Positions 52,325 through 64,000 of a stretch of 64,000 nt of DNA are shown piece by piece. A model generated the notes under the pieces. That model had not been told where the DNA came from, did no database searches, and was given only the letters and a program-made list of their open reading frames with translations. The stretch is from assembly GCF_006345805.1 (NCBI RefSeq), contig NW_021836126.1, positions 62,001-126,000 of the forward strand. Direction: 5' to 3'. The number at the start of each line of letters is the position of its first letter. Position 1 is the stretch's first letter. The position numbers and the translations under genes are program-made. This stretch comes from Octopus sinensis. Lineage: Eukaryota.

Positions 52325-53105
52325 ATGAATATTGACGAACTGAACCTGAGACTAGAAGTGTTAGCAAAGGCGGAGTTATACGACTGTAATAAGCAAGCCT
52401 GACTGATAGACATGTACGACATTGTGATCGAACTGCTGAGTCTAAACATAATCCCCACTCCTAAGCAGAGGAACTACATGTCCGTGGCCTTCAAACACAG
52501 AATATCAGCCCTACGACAGTCGTGCAAGGCCATGAACAGCCTGTGCAGAAACTACGGAGTGGAGGAAGACAAGGAGGGCATGGAGTGCGTCCACAAATAC
52601 ACCAAATTGGTACTCCTCCACCCACAGGCCAGATTCAGGACGAAATGGAGTCCATTTGCAACACACAGATCGGCATCATCAAAGATTTAATAAAGAAATG
52701 TGACCAAGATCAATCACTTGTGTTTTATTTAAAGCAGTTAATTAATTATTTATTTTTAGATTGGGGGACTGTGGGCGATACATGGCCGAGGTCCTCTCGA
52801 CGGATGCCCGCCAATACTACGTGGACGAGTCCAAGGAGGCATACGAACAAGCCCTGTCCATCGCCCAAAACTTTGCTGTGAACGACACTGGGCGACTTGG
52901 CCTGGCTCTCAACGCCTCGGTCTTTTACTACGAAATACTGGAGGAGAAGGACAAGGCCTGCAGTCTGGCCAAAATGACCTTCGATGAGGCCATTGAGTCC
53001 TTGGATGATTTGACTGGGTTTTTGAATTCGGAGGTGTCTTTGATCCTTCAACTGATTCAAGACAATTACAAAAACTGGACTGACAAGAAGGATGGGTGGA
53101 AATAA
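52325..53105 (+). CDS. Divergent 14-3-3 protein, paralog 2, copy B
   Basis: Near-identical to 31111-31895. Confidence 0.9.
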
Positions 53106-53174
53106 TATTTTGGTTAATTAATTTCCTATTATTAGTAATAATTAATTAATAAACCAAATAAAATAAAGTGAGTG

Positions 53175-55636
53175 ATGAGGTTAGGTGGGTCAGTAGTGGC
53201 AGAATACGGCAAGCTGATAGAGGGGCACCCGTGGAAAGTGATATGGCTGAGCATAATATGGACAGCGTCAGTGCTGATGTGGAAGCAGGAAGGGAGGGTG
53301 TGTGAGGTGAGTGAGTGGAATGAGGAATAGGTGTTGGAGAGTGAAATGATATCAATAGTGGTGGTGAAGATGTTGGCAGTGTTGAACGTGTACATAGAAT
53401 TGTGGCGTGTGAGTGGGCACAAGTTACTAATGGGTGTGATAGTGTGATGAGGGGCAGGGTTCGTGATAATCTGCACATTCCTGACGGCCTTCACATTCAC
53501 GAGTGTGGTAGTGATGGGGACACAAGTGCATTCAATGGCATTCTACATGGTGTTGGTGGACATGTCCAGGCCGTGTGAGTTGGTGGAGTATGCAATGCGG
53601 GAGGGGAGTGTGGTGGGGGCACTCAGTCGGGTGGGGCCAGCCATGGTCAAGACTGCGTTGGTGGAGGCGGGGTGATCGGGTCGGGCATGTTGGTGGGTGT
53701 GGAGATGTGTCTGTTTGGGGCAGTCCTCGTCATTGTTAACTGCATTGCCTTCCTCACCTTCTTTCCCAGTTGTCTCGCCATTTCACGACTCCCTCTTTTT
53801 CTTGTACACTCACTCCATTCACTCACAGTCCATTCTCGTCCTCTTCGCCAGTCAGTACGACCACTTTACTCCACATTCACCACCCATCTTTACTCTCCCT
53901 CTCCTCCTCCTCATACTACTCCTCGCTCTCATTCCCACACCTACCAAGGGGAGGTCAGGGGAGTCACTGCTCACTGGGGGGAGACCAATGGCCTCTACCA
54001 AGGACTCACTACTGACTGAGGGCACTCCACTGACTGAGGATACACAAATGGACTACTCTTGTACCAAGGACACTCCACTAATGGTATCCCCCTCTTTACT
54101 GACAACATAGTCCCCTACTACTGAGGACTCACTACTGTCTGGAGACATACCACTAATGGACATCCGCCCTCCTACTGAGGACACCGAGGACTCACCTTCT
54201 ACCAAGGACACTCCACTAATGGTATCCCCCTCTTCTACTCACAACATAGTCCCCTACTACTGAGGACATAGTAGTAACCGAAGGCACATCAGTAAGTGAG
54301 GACACTCCACCAATGGACTATACTACTGAGGGGAGACCACTGACGGATGAGGAGTGGGTGAGTGTGTTGGGGAGTGGGGGAGTGTCAGTGCACAGACTGG
54401 AGAGTGTGTTGTGTGAGTACGAGCGGGCAATCCGAGTGCGGAGGGGGCACTTATTGGGGAGGAGGGGTGAGGGAATCCCGTATGAGAAGTACGGTCATTA
54501 CGACAAAGTGGAGGGGGCGTGTTGTGAGAATGTGATTGGCTTCATTCCTGTCCCTCTCGGAGTGTGTGGGCCTCTTCTCCTCGACGGCAGGGAATATATG
54601 GTCCCTTTGGCTACCACCGAGGGATGTCTGGTGGCCAGTGTCAATAGAGGGTGTCGGGCACTCTACTTGGCCGGGGGGGTCACTGCTGTCCTCACCGCCG
54701 ATGGCATGACTCGCGCCCCCGTCCTCAGGATGCAGTCCGTCCACCAAGCTAACCAATTGAAGGAGTGGATTGACGCACATTTCCCTACTATCAAACACAT
54801 CTTCGACGGGGGCAGTCGCTTTGCCAGACTCCACACCATTCACTCCACACAGGCCGGCCGCTTGCTCTACCTTCGCTTTACTGCCACCACTGGAGATGCC
54901 ATGGGAATGAACATGGTCTCCAAGTGTGCAGAGACTGTCCTCACTTTCCTCACACAACACTTCCCACACATCCAAGTCATCAGTCTGTCTGGCAATTTCT
55001 GCTCTGACAAAAAGCCGGGGGCCATCAACTGGTATTATGTGCCATCACTCCCCACAGGGTACAAGGCAGGGGCAAGTCCGTCGTGTGTGAGGCCACTATT
55101 CCTGCCTCCGTCGTGTCCTCCGTTCTCAAGACCACCGTCCAGAGCCTGGTCGACCTCAACATGTCCAAGAATTTGGTTGGGTCTGCCATGGCCGGGTCGA
55201 TTGGAGGGTTTAATGCCCACGCAGCCAATGTGGTGACTGCTCTCTTCATTGCCACGGGACAAGACCCCGCACAGAACGTGGGGTCCTCCAATTGTATCAC
55301 TTTGCTCGAGTATGGTGGCCAGTCTGGTGGGGATTTGCTGGTGAGTTGTTCAATGCCTTCCATCGAGTGCGGCACAGTCGGAGGTGGCACTGTCCTCCCC
55401 CCACAAAAAGCCTGTCTTGAGGTTCTCGCCTTTTATATTGCCAGTTGTTGGGGGTGGCGGGAGCGCATAGTTCGAGTTATGGGGGGAATGCACGTGAATT
55501 GGCCAGAGTTGTGTGTGCCACTGTCATGGCCGGGGAACTGTCCTTGTTGGCCGCCCTTTCATCTGGCCATCTTGTGGCAGGCCATATGCGCTACAATCGA
55601 TCTCAAGCTAATATAAATACTCCCAATCATTACTAA
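53175..55636 (+). CDS. HMGCR: HMG-CoA reductase, copy B; -1 frameshift in the membrane domain (pseudogene or sequencing error)
   Basis: G4 run at 53669-72 versus G5 in A (32459-63) creates TGA at 53673-75. Shorter linker; catalytic domain otherwise intact. Confidence 0.85.
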
Positions 55637-56302
55637 TTATTTATTTTGTCTAACCCTCCTCTGTTTACCTTCGATAAATCCTCAATATTTATCAAGACAG
55701 GAACATTTTTTTCCGCGAGCTTGATCTGCAGCAGCCGACTATTTGGCAATGCAATAGAATGCTTAATTCTGATAAGACAAGGCGACATTACGAAACTGAA
55801 ATACGAGTTGATATTATTATTCCTAATAGAGAAGCAGTTGAAGTTGAAAAACACATAAATATGATTTTGTGGCAAGTGAATTTTAAATAATTTACAAATT
55901 AAAAATATTTCCGATTGTCATTAGCTGGGATGCGATCTCCTTCAAGTATTATATATATGGATTAGGATTAAAGACAATGTTGTGTAGTACATCCAAACAA
56001 TTGCATTAAAGAAGACATTATAAAGTATGTTCGTAGAATATAGTTCGAACCGTAATGACCAAAGCATTGATTCTCAACAAAAATTATTTAGTATTGAACA
56101 CTCATCAAAATGGAGTTAATTCAAAGAAGAGAAGAAATGAGGTTACAGAAAACGAATACTCTAAAGAAGGGCAAATGAATGTCCCTGTATAGGGAGGACC
56201 AGTAAATTAAAAATTCAACTAATCTAATTTTTAATTTCTTTGTTTAAATACAAAAAGTGGTAATTTAAATTGAAATATATATTTAATTGATATTGCAAGA
56301 GT

Positions 56303-56794
56303 ATGTGGTTCACTGCCCCTCTAGTATATGCTATACTGTTAATGTACAAAAAACACGTGAGTCCGTTCATTGAAAGAGTGGCGAAAAAAGTGATGCAAAG
56401 ACGAGCAAAATACTGGCAAGTCACTGAGGAGTTGACTAAACTTCGTAAAAAATGTGAGTCCTTCAAACTGCCTCGTGATTTGGTGGAGCATTCCCTAACA
56501 AACAGACAAATCCACAAAACAAGAAAAGAAAAAGAAAATATAGGTTCGCCACTATAAAATTAATTATAGATAATATTATTAAAAATAAACTTAAAAAAAT
56601 CAAATCCTTTTTTGTATATTTCAACGTCGTGTTAGAGGTGAGTCCCCAAAGTTCATTTGAAGGTGATTATTCCTCTGGTTCTGGTCAGTGAGTCACCTTC
56701 CTTGCACAAACTGTTCTGGCCTTTCTCAGGGTTCTGTGATTCGTTGGCTTGGCTCGGGATTTGCAGAGTTGCTATTTTTAATTTTTATATTTGA
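56303..56794 (+). CDS. GET1/WRB-like protein, copy B
   Basis: Paralog of 35569-36060 with the same structure. Confidence 0.6.
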
Positions 56795-56864
56795 ATATTT
56801 TTTTTGTTAATTAAAAATAATTTTTTTTTATTTTGTGTCTTGTGGATATACTTTGGTAGGACTA

Positions 56865-57327
56865 ATGAAAGAGACCATAACAGTCTAAAGAAAAAAAATA
56901 TTGACTTTTTTAAAGAATGTGAGAAAATAGGGGACTCTCTCCTCTCATTAAAGTCTGAGGCAGTGGACGTGGACAAACAACGGCACAGAAATCGTGAAGC
57001 AATTCGGTTATCCCATTAAGTATCATTCCAGTGCTCTAAAAGCACAGAAAACATGGATGTGGTTCAACAACATTTTTATCAAAACAGAAACAAAATCGGC
57101 TGTGGACCGACTGTGGGGAGGTTGGTTTATTTGGTTTTCTCTCAGACCAGACCTCGTTAGACCGAAGGATGTGCCACATTCGGAAAGAAATGAAGGGACA
57201 TGTGGACAGACTGAACGACCTTGGAATAGTCGATGACTGTCCGTTTTATTCCGGGTTTGACCTCTCTCCTCTGTCCTCCTCTGATCTGAGACACGTCCAT
57301 TTTAATTCACTGTTCGATCATACTTAG
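56865..57327 (+). pseudogene. PDRG1: PDRG1-like gene, copy B; start codon out of frame
   Basis: atgaaagagaccataacagtctaa: one G missing relative to A gives MKETITV*. The downstream frame is intact. Confidence 0.55.
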
Positions 57328-58978
57328 TATAAATACCTGTTTACATCTCAACACGGCAGTTAAGCTATTCTATTACTTGGCTGGGTGACCGCCTGAGAAC
57401 AGACAGTGTCTTGCTATTCATTGTTATAAAGTGTTTTTTGTGTGACTAACTGGGGGATATTTCAATATAGAGAACAAGTAGTCGACATTGACAGTTGGAG
57501 GGGACTAAGGAGGTCACCCAGTCCATTTATACAAGTGTCGTTTATTTTCAGTCGACACTGGCTGTAGTCTTTTTAAGTGGGTTGAGCATTTTGAGGGAGT
57601 TGAGGGCGAGTAGAGTCCTCGGGGATGCAGGAATGTTTTCAGATAGGCTTTCTGTGTTGGTGTTTAGGAGATAAAATATAATAATAAGAGAGATAGACAA
57701 TTTCCATTTTGTTTAATGGAGCGTGAATAATATTCCTTTTTACACATTTATTAGGTAAATATCAAATATTTAACTTTTGTTTTAATTCATTCGGAAAATA
57801 TAGAAAATTGTGTTGCGGCTAATCCTAATTCTTCAGGAATATTTGCGAATAGAGATGGAGTGTCCGACCGTCCTCCAATACAATTCCTGGGAGAAATAAT
57901 TTCTTTGGCTTTTCTCTTTCCATACGTGATCTCTCTGGGGTCAGCCGGAGTCCAAATATACGGCTCAATTGACCAGCATTTCTTTTTGGATTTTAAAAAA
58001 GTTGACTCTTTGTGGTTTCGCTACTTTTTATACTCCCGTAACACTCAGACCAATGCTGCAGTTATTAGATTCATAGAAGGCAATTTTAACGAGGCGGATC
58101 GACTTTTTAGAGATTCTGGGTTCGAAATCATCCGAGTTTGGTAGATAATAAAACAGAAATATGTAATCTCTTTGAAAATATTTTTATATTATTGGTTCTC
58201 CAATTATTTTGCAAACCGACAGTGGAAAAGAGTTTAACAGTTCATATATAGAACGAGTTATTTGATGAATTGAATAGACATTATTAAACAAATTACTTAT
58301 GACTACAATAAGACGGTCCATGCAACCACAAAGCATAGTCTATTTAATATTTTTATGAATTTTGGAAGTGATTTTATACAAAATATAAAACAACTTGAAG
58401 GACTAATAATTTTTGAAGCAGAAAATGAAAACGCGGAAATTTGTTATCAAGCAAAGTCGGATAATATTTCACCTGAAAATTTTGTTTGAAAAATATCACA
58501 AAACCAAAAGAGAAAATGAAAAGTAGAAGAAAATGAAGGTCCGATAAAGAAAATATAAATACCGGGGATCATGTCATTATTAAACATGACATTCGAAGGT
58601 TTTCCTTGTTTGATAATGTCAATACAACAAAATATAGAATTATCGAAGAAAATAATTACAACTATTCTTTGAAAGATAAAAATGGAAATGTTCATAAGAA
58701 TATTAATATTTCTAGAATAAAAAAGTTCACGTAACTTTAAAATTCGCGGCCGTAGGCCGTATAGGAGATTAGTTGAATTTTTAAATCAAACCTTTTTGGG
58801 TTAGGAATGTTTTTATTGACCTGTCAAGCTGATAAGTCATGACCTTGGTCGCCAGTGTGGGTCATCACAGCAACATTTGTCATTAATTATTCATTTAGAT
58901 TAATAACGTCATTTTTGTCCTATTCTCTAATAACTAACTTGCCTTCTTCAAAATAACTCTAGAGAAAACTGTTTAATA

Positions 58979-60442
58979 TGTCGCGACCCACGCTGGCGAC
59001 CATCCCACGCTGGCGACCATCAGTTTGACAGGTTATGACCTTCAGTTTGACAGGCGATTTAAACCGGAAAAAATTCATTTTAAGAAATGGTTTAGCGTCA
59101 TTTTACAAAAAAAATATGGTTTCTCTCAAAAGATGTTAGCACGAAAAAAGCGACTCAATTTATCATTATTAATGATCGGTATATTTGCGACTCCTAACTC
59201 ATAGTCTTTATCTAAAGGACGAGAATAACCAAAAACACAAATTGGTCATTTGTCTGGACAATGAAATGGAGATGAGGACACTAGCATTCGCCATTCACCA
59301 AGAATCCCAATGGGGAATACGAAAGCTTCAGAAAAAGTGCAGTGAATTCTATTTCACTGTAAAACGTCCAATCATCGAACAAATTATAAAAGACTGCGAA
59401 ATTTGTAAATTTGCCCTACCATTGAAAGTATTTAAAAAAAATACCTAGGTGTCGGATTCTAATTACCATGTAACTGCAGGAAAACCCAATGAAAGATTCC
59501 AGGCGGATCTTATTGTTGTTAGAAGATATAAAGATTTTAACGATGGATCTAATTGGATACTGACAATTATTGACATCTACAGCAAATTTGTTGTCTGCAA
59601 ATCTTTAAAAAATAAAACTGCTTCTGGTAAGACTTGAAATTTAATTGAAGAAGAGGTGAATAAATTCCAAAAATTGTTTTATCAAATTGGATATTGTCAG
59701 ATCTTGCAAACGGACAACGGGTTGGAATTCAAAAACCAACTTATGGCTCAACTATGCGAGGAATAAATTTGAAATAAATTAGGGTGTAATTGAGCGCTTT
59801 AACTTAATATTGACACGTGGTATGGCAAAACTGATGGATAAAGAAGGAACTAAAAAATGGAAACAATACGGAGGACATATTACGAACAAATTTCGACCTC
59901 TCTAAAAATCAAATTATACAACATGCTACTGAAACCGGTCTTATTGTACAATTTCTCTAGATAAACAAATACGTAAAAATTGGAAACAATTTTTAGACAA
60001 AGTAACTTTTTCCTATAATACGACACACCACTCGGCGATCCCAGGTTATAATCTTATTTATAATTTAGATGAAAATAACGAGGCATCGTTTGTCGAAGAT
60101 GAACTTAATGTTAAATTTACGATGTATTTATTTTTAGAAATGAATAATAAAAGATTGTGGGACGAATCCGTGATGAATCCCCATATGAAAAAAAGGGAAA
60201 AGTAAAAATATAATGTATAAATACAGATTAATGGTTAGTTGTCTTTCCTAACAAACATTTAGTTCGAATTACGAAATAGTTACTATGAATAGAGATAAAA
60301 AATGTTAAGTTTTTTGATTTTTTAGCAATTATCTTTAGTCAGTAATTAGTGTCAAACTATGTAGGTCGCCCTGTCAATCTTGTCAACAATGAAGGTCGCT
60401 CTGGTCGCCAGCGTGGGATGGTCGCCAGCGTGGGTCGCGACA
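58979..60442 (+). mobile_element. Ginger-type DNA transposon, copy B only
   Basis: TGT...ACA termini; 41-bp perfect TIR tgtcgcgacccacgctggcgaccatcccacgctggcgacca; 5-bp TSD taata. Integrase ERFQADL, IIDIYSKF, LQTDNGLEFKN; introns at 59428-48 and 59627-50; 3' part degenerate. Confidence 0.88.
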
Positions 60443-60644
60443 TAATAAACAGGGACGGACTACGCTCTTCCATCCATAACATTTCTGTTAGAAATGGTTA
60501 TATTTGAGTTGTCTCATTTAATTATCCAGGATTGCATGTCAGCTTGTATGTTCTAATAACGTTTGTTCTGTTTTATCACGTCTGTTTCCGTTGGAGACTG
60601 AAGAATTGTTTCAAGACAGGAACTTTTTGGTTTGTTTACTAGTG

Positions 60645-62863
60645 CAGGGGTCGGCAAAAGCAGGCTCGCGAGCCTTTGAAGGCTCTTTAACTCTTACGTT
60701 AGGCTCTTTCAATTTTTAACTATTTTTTTAATAAATGATTTCAATTTTTAACTATTTTTTCAATTTTTAACTAATAAAAAGTCAAATTTAGAGAGACACT
60801 TTAACACAAAACACTCAAATTTCGCAAAAAAATATCCAATTGGTGATTCTCGAAAGAAAGCTGTAGAAGAATTTGTAAAGAATAATCAGATTGAGAATTC
60901 CGCTTTTAAATATTGGTATCACAATGCCAGGACTGCAAATATTGCCAGTTTTTTGATAAGCCACGAGATCGCAAAAAGGGGAAAACCATTTACCGATGGC
61001 GAATTTATAAAGGCATGTTTCATTAAAACCTCTGAAGAACTTTTTCACGATTTTTCCTTTATCTGCGAAAATAGTAGCCGACAGGACTTTTAAGATGTCT
61101 TCGAATGTATCTGTTCAACAAGTTTCTGACATGAAATTGTCTAATTCAATTTCAATAGCAATATATGAATCATGTGATATTATTTATTTATTTATTAACT
61201 CCAAGATCACCGAGAAAGATAGGTCAGAACTAACTAATTAGGTGATCCCTGCCTCCAACCACAGCCGTACTTTCCTTACATGATCTTCTGATGACCCGAC
61301 CGTAATCCGGAAAACCCTTCTCTTCCTTCTGCAGAGGAACTCAATCGGAGTGCATTTCTTTATAACCGACCGAAATTCCTCTGCATGTGCCACCTTTTCC
61401 TTGAGTGGGTTTCCCAGTTCCTTGCAGAAACGTAGGAAACCCTTAATCATGTGATATAAATGACATTACACAAGTATCATTGTTCATGTCATACTTAAGT
61501 GTCTCTGTTTGTTCGTTATGTGTCTCGAGGTTTCTTGAGGCAAGAACTTTTGCCATTATTGCCTCTAAAGGGTCAAACCCGTGGTGAAGATCTTGTTGGC
61601 GCAGTCGTAGAATATTTTGAAACGAATTATATTCCTCTTAATAAAATCGTTTCAATTTCAACTGACGTTGCTGCAAGCATGCTGGGATCGAGAAAGGGAT
61701 TTATAACTTTAATTAAAAGGTGAATTGGTCATGAAGTGATTACTCTACATCCACCTAGAAGCACTATCTGCGCAAACGTTTCCGAAAGAAAGTTTAGAAG
61801 TGATGGAATTGGTCATAAAGATTACTAACTTCATTATATCATGAGTAATATATTATATATTTAAGGGACTTAATCATCGGCTATTTAAAGAGTTGTTAAA
61901 CGAAACCAACAACGAGTATATTGGTCTACATCAATACAACAAAGTTCGCTGTCTTTCGAGAGGGAACGTTCTCAATCGTTTTGCTTCTTGTATGCAAGAA
62001 ATCAAACTTTTTTTAAATGAGAAAAAAATTCATTATGACGAATTAAGTGATGACCAATGGCTGCAGAAATTCTATTTTATGGTTGACATAACATCAGAAT
62101 TAAACAAACTTAATTCAAAATTGCAAAGGAGTGGAAATATTGCATTTTTCGTGTATGAGGAAGTGATATTATTTGAAAAAATTAATTCTGTTTGAAGAAA
62201 ATATAGAACAAAATATTTTACATTTTCCTAAATTACGCCAATATTTGGAAGAAAATGATCGAATTATAAATAAAACTTATTAAAAAAATGCTCTTTTGTA
62301 TATGAAGGAATCTTTCAATGACAGGTTAAAAATGAATGTTTAAATATAAAAAGATTTAAGGATTTTAGAAAAGAAAAGGCAACACTATCGTTCGTTATAA
62401 ACCCTCTATGTGCTAAAGTCAGCACTTTAAATTTATTGCCATTTGAAATTAAGGCAGCTGAGTTCGAAATGCAGCTATTGGACTTGACATGTAAGGAATT
62501 ATGGGCATCAAAGTTTATTTGCCTTTCAGAATTACAAAATTTTTCTCATATGAATTATATAAAATTGAAATTAAGGAACAAAATTACAGATTTGAATTTG
62601 GAATCTAACCTCAGATTAAAATTAACGACTTACGACCCAGACATTAACCAACTTTCCAAAGAAATGAGGAATCACATTTCTCATTAATGTGTCCAATTAA
62701 TTTAATTTTTTAAAATAAATTCTTAATTATTTTTTAAATTAATGTCTATTTAATTTTATGAATTTAAATTTTTGACAAGTGGTAAAAGGTGGCTCTTCAA
62801 TTTTTCGAAGTTTCCAAAAATGTTCAAAATTGGCTCTTCTCCAAAAGTATTTGCCGACCCCTG
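60645..62863 (+). mobile_element. hAT transposon (GTF2IRD2/EPM2AIP1-like), degenerate, copy B only
   Basis: TIR caggggtcggcaaa / tttgccgacccctg; 8-bp TSD tactagtg (60637-44, 62864-71); single tactagtg site in A at 41882-89. Motifs KPFTDGEF, ISTDVAASM, VRCLSRG. Confidence 0.93.
61181..61444 (-). mobile_element. 5'-truncated retroposon inserted in the hAT transposase
   Basis: 13-bp TSD aatcatgtgatat (61168-80, 61445-57); (TAAA)n tail on the minus strand; ORF end GFLRFCKELG..EAGIT*. Confidence 0.88.
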
Positions 62864-64000
62864 TACTAGTGCATTGTAAAGAACTTTCTCACGTCAAGTT
62901 TTCTTTAATTAGAAATATTATATTTGGAATTCCGATCTATACTTTTTCATCAATTTTGGCCGAATTAAAAATGCGCGAATAAACGTTAAACCTGTAGCGT
63001 ATGCTATACAACTCTGATTTTAAAGCACATTTTCAAGGATATCTTATTAATTGTAAGCCCCCCGAACGCCGATCCTTTACAGTCACCACTTTCTTTGCAG
63101 AGAATCACAGCGAAAAAATTAAAAAATTATTTTTCAATAATGTCTGCACACGTGTCGTCCGAAACTAGCAACTTCAAACTCAAGACAAGAAAACTAATAA
63201 TTCCACCAGTCCGTTTCCTAGCGTACCTAAGAAGTTTAACTATTAAGAAAAATCTACCACATGTAGTTTAAAATGTCCTTGAGCGATATATTAGAGTGCC
63301 ACCTTCTAATACTGTGCTTCGGGATAGAATATTAACACTATTTGACTAATAGTCCGTCCTCATTAGATGTTGCATATAGAGTGTAAATTCAGTAATTATA
63401 ATCAATAATGTTGTACATAGTCCATTACAGGTCTGAACATTGAAATTACAACGATTTCTAAAAATTTATTGTCCCCCTAAACTTATGTATTTTAGGAAAG
63501 CAAAATTCCGTTATCCGAGAACTGGAATAAGTTTCCGAAAAAGCCGTATAAGAGTAAAACTTAAATTATTGACAGTAAAAGTCTGGACTATACGGACGTC
63601 AAAGAGACAGCTAAAAATGGTCCAAATGGATCTTCCTGCAGAATTGTTAATTGGCACGTATATTCGAGACAGTGCTTTGAAGTTTTGATTTACAAATTTG
63701 AATGTGCGTAGCTTTTATAATTATAATAGATTCAAATTAAATGAAAAATTGATTTGAATTTAAATTGGAGACCAAAATATAAATCAATTTCTATCAAAGA
63801 CAATATGAGGCACATTTACAATTCGATTAATATAAAAGTCCAAAAATAATTAAAAAATAATTTGCTGTCCATTAAACTGTAAAAGATGATATAACTTAAT
63901 CATATAGTCAGGAAATGCTGTCATTCCTCCTGCTAGTTCTCTGCCTTCTGTTAGAAAACCAATTGCGTATTGTGTCTTCTGTCTTGTCAAGATGAGTGGC

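Larger units (their letters stand above)
43491..64000 (+). repeat. Segmental duplication, copy B (runs past window end)
   Basis: Same gene order as copy A, with scattered substitutions and copy-specific insertions. Confidence 0.95.

Noticed and set aside
1-64000. Bacterial, viral or contaminant origin, including Polinton/Maverick because of the integrases
   Set aside because: All host genes have spliceosomal introns. No polB, capsid, packaging ATPase or operon-like structure was seen, and the best-preserved integrase has Ginger-type TIRs.

Overview
Eukaryotic, AT-rich, transposon-dense window with no prokaryotic features. Host genes are compact and split by 21-31 nt GT-AG introns, so the supplied ORF track shows only gene fragments; I rebuilt the genes by hand. 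The HMG-CoA reductase has an animal-type membrane domain. Together with the micro-introns and strong protein divergence this suggests a reduced metazoan parasite such as a myxozoan or dicyemid (inference only). Bases 1-24 kb hold the 3' end of proteasome beta-2, a Ctr copper transporter, EB1, a decayed RAD54 and many Tc1, pogo, hAT, Ginger and LINE copies. From about 24,074 to the end is a diverged direct tandem duplication (copy A ~24,074-43,490; copy B 43,491->64,000). Each copy carries an RTE LINE relic, RPS5, two very divergent 14-3-3 genes, HMGCR, GET1/WRB and PDRG1, plus copy-specific insertions. Strongest observations: an exon-plus-intron tandem repeat in the HMGCR linker (4 introns in A, 2 in B); host-type micro-introns inside hAT and Ginger transposase genes; an in-frame stop in every 3n host intron I checked; and an intact EndoG-family nuclease with a hydrophobic N-terminus found only in copy B.
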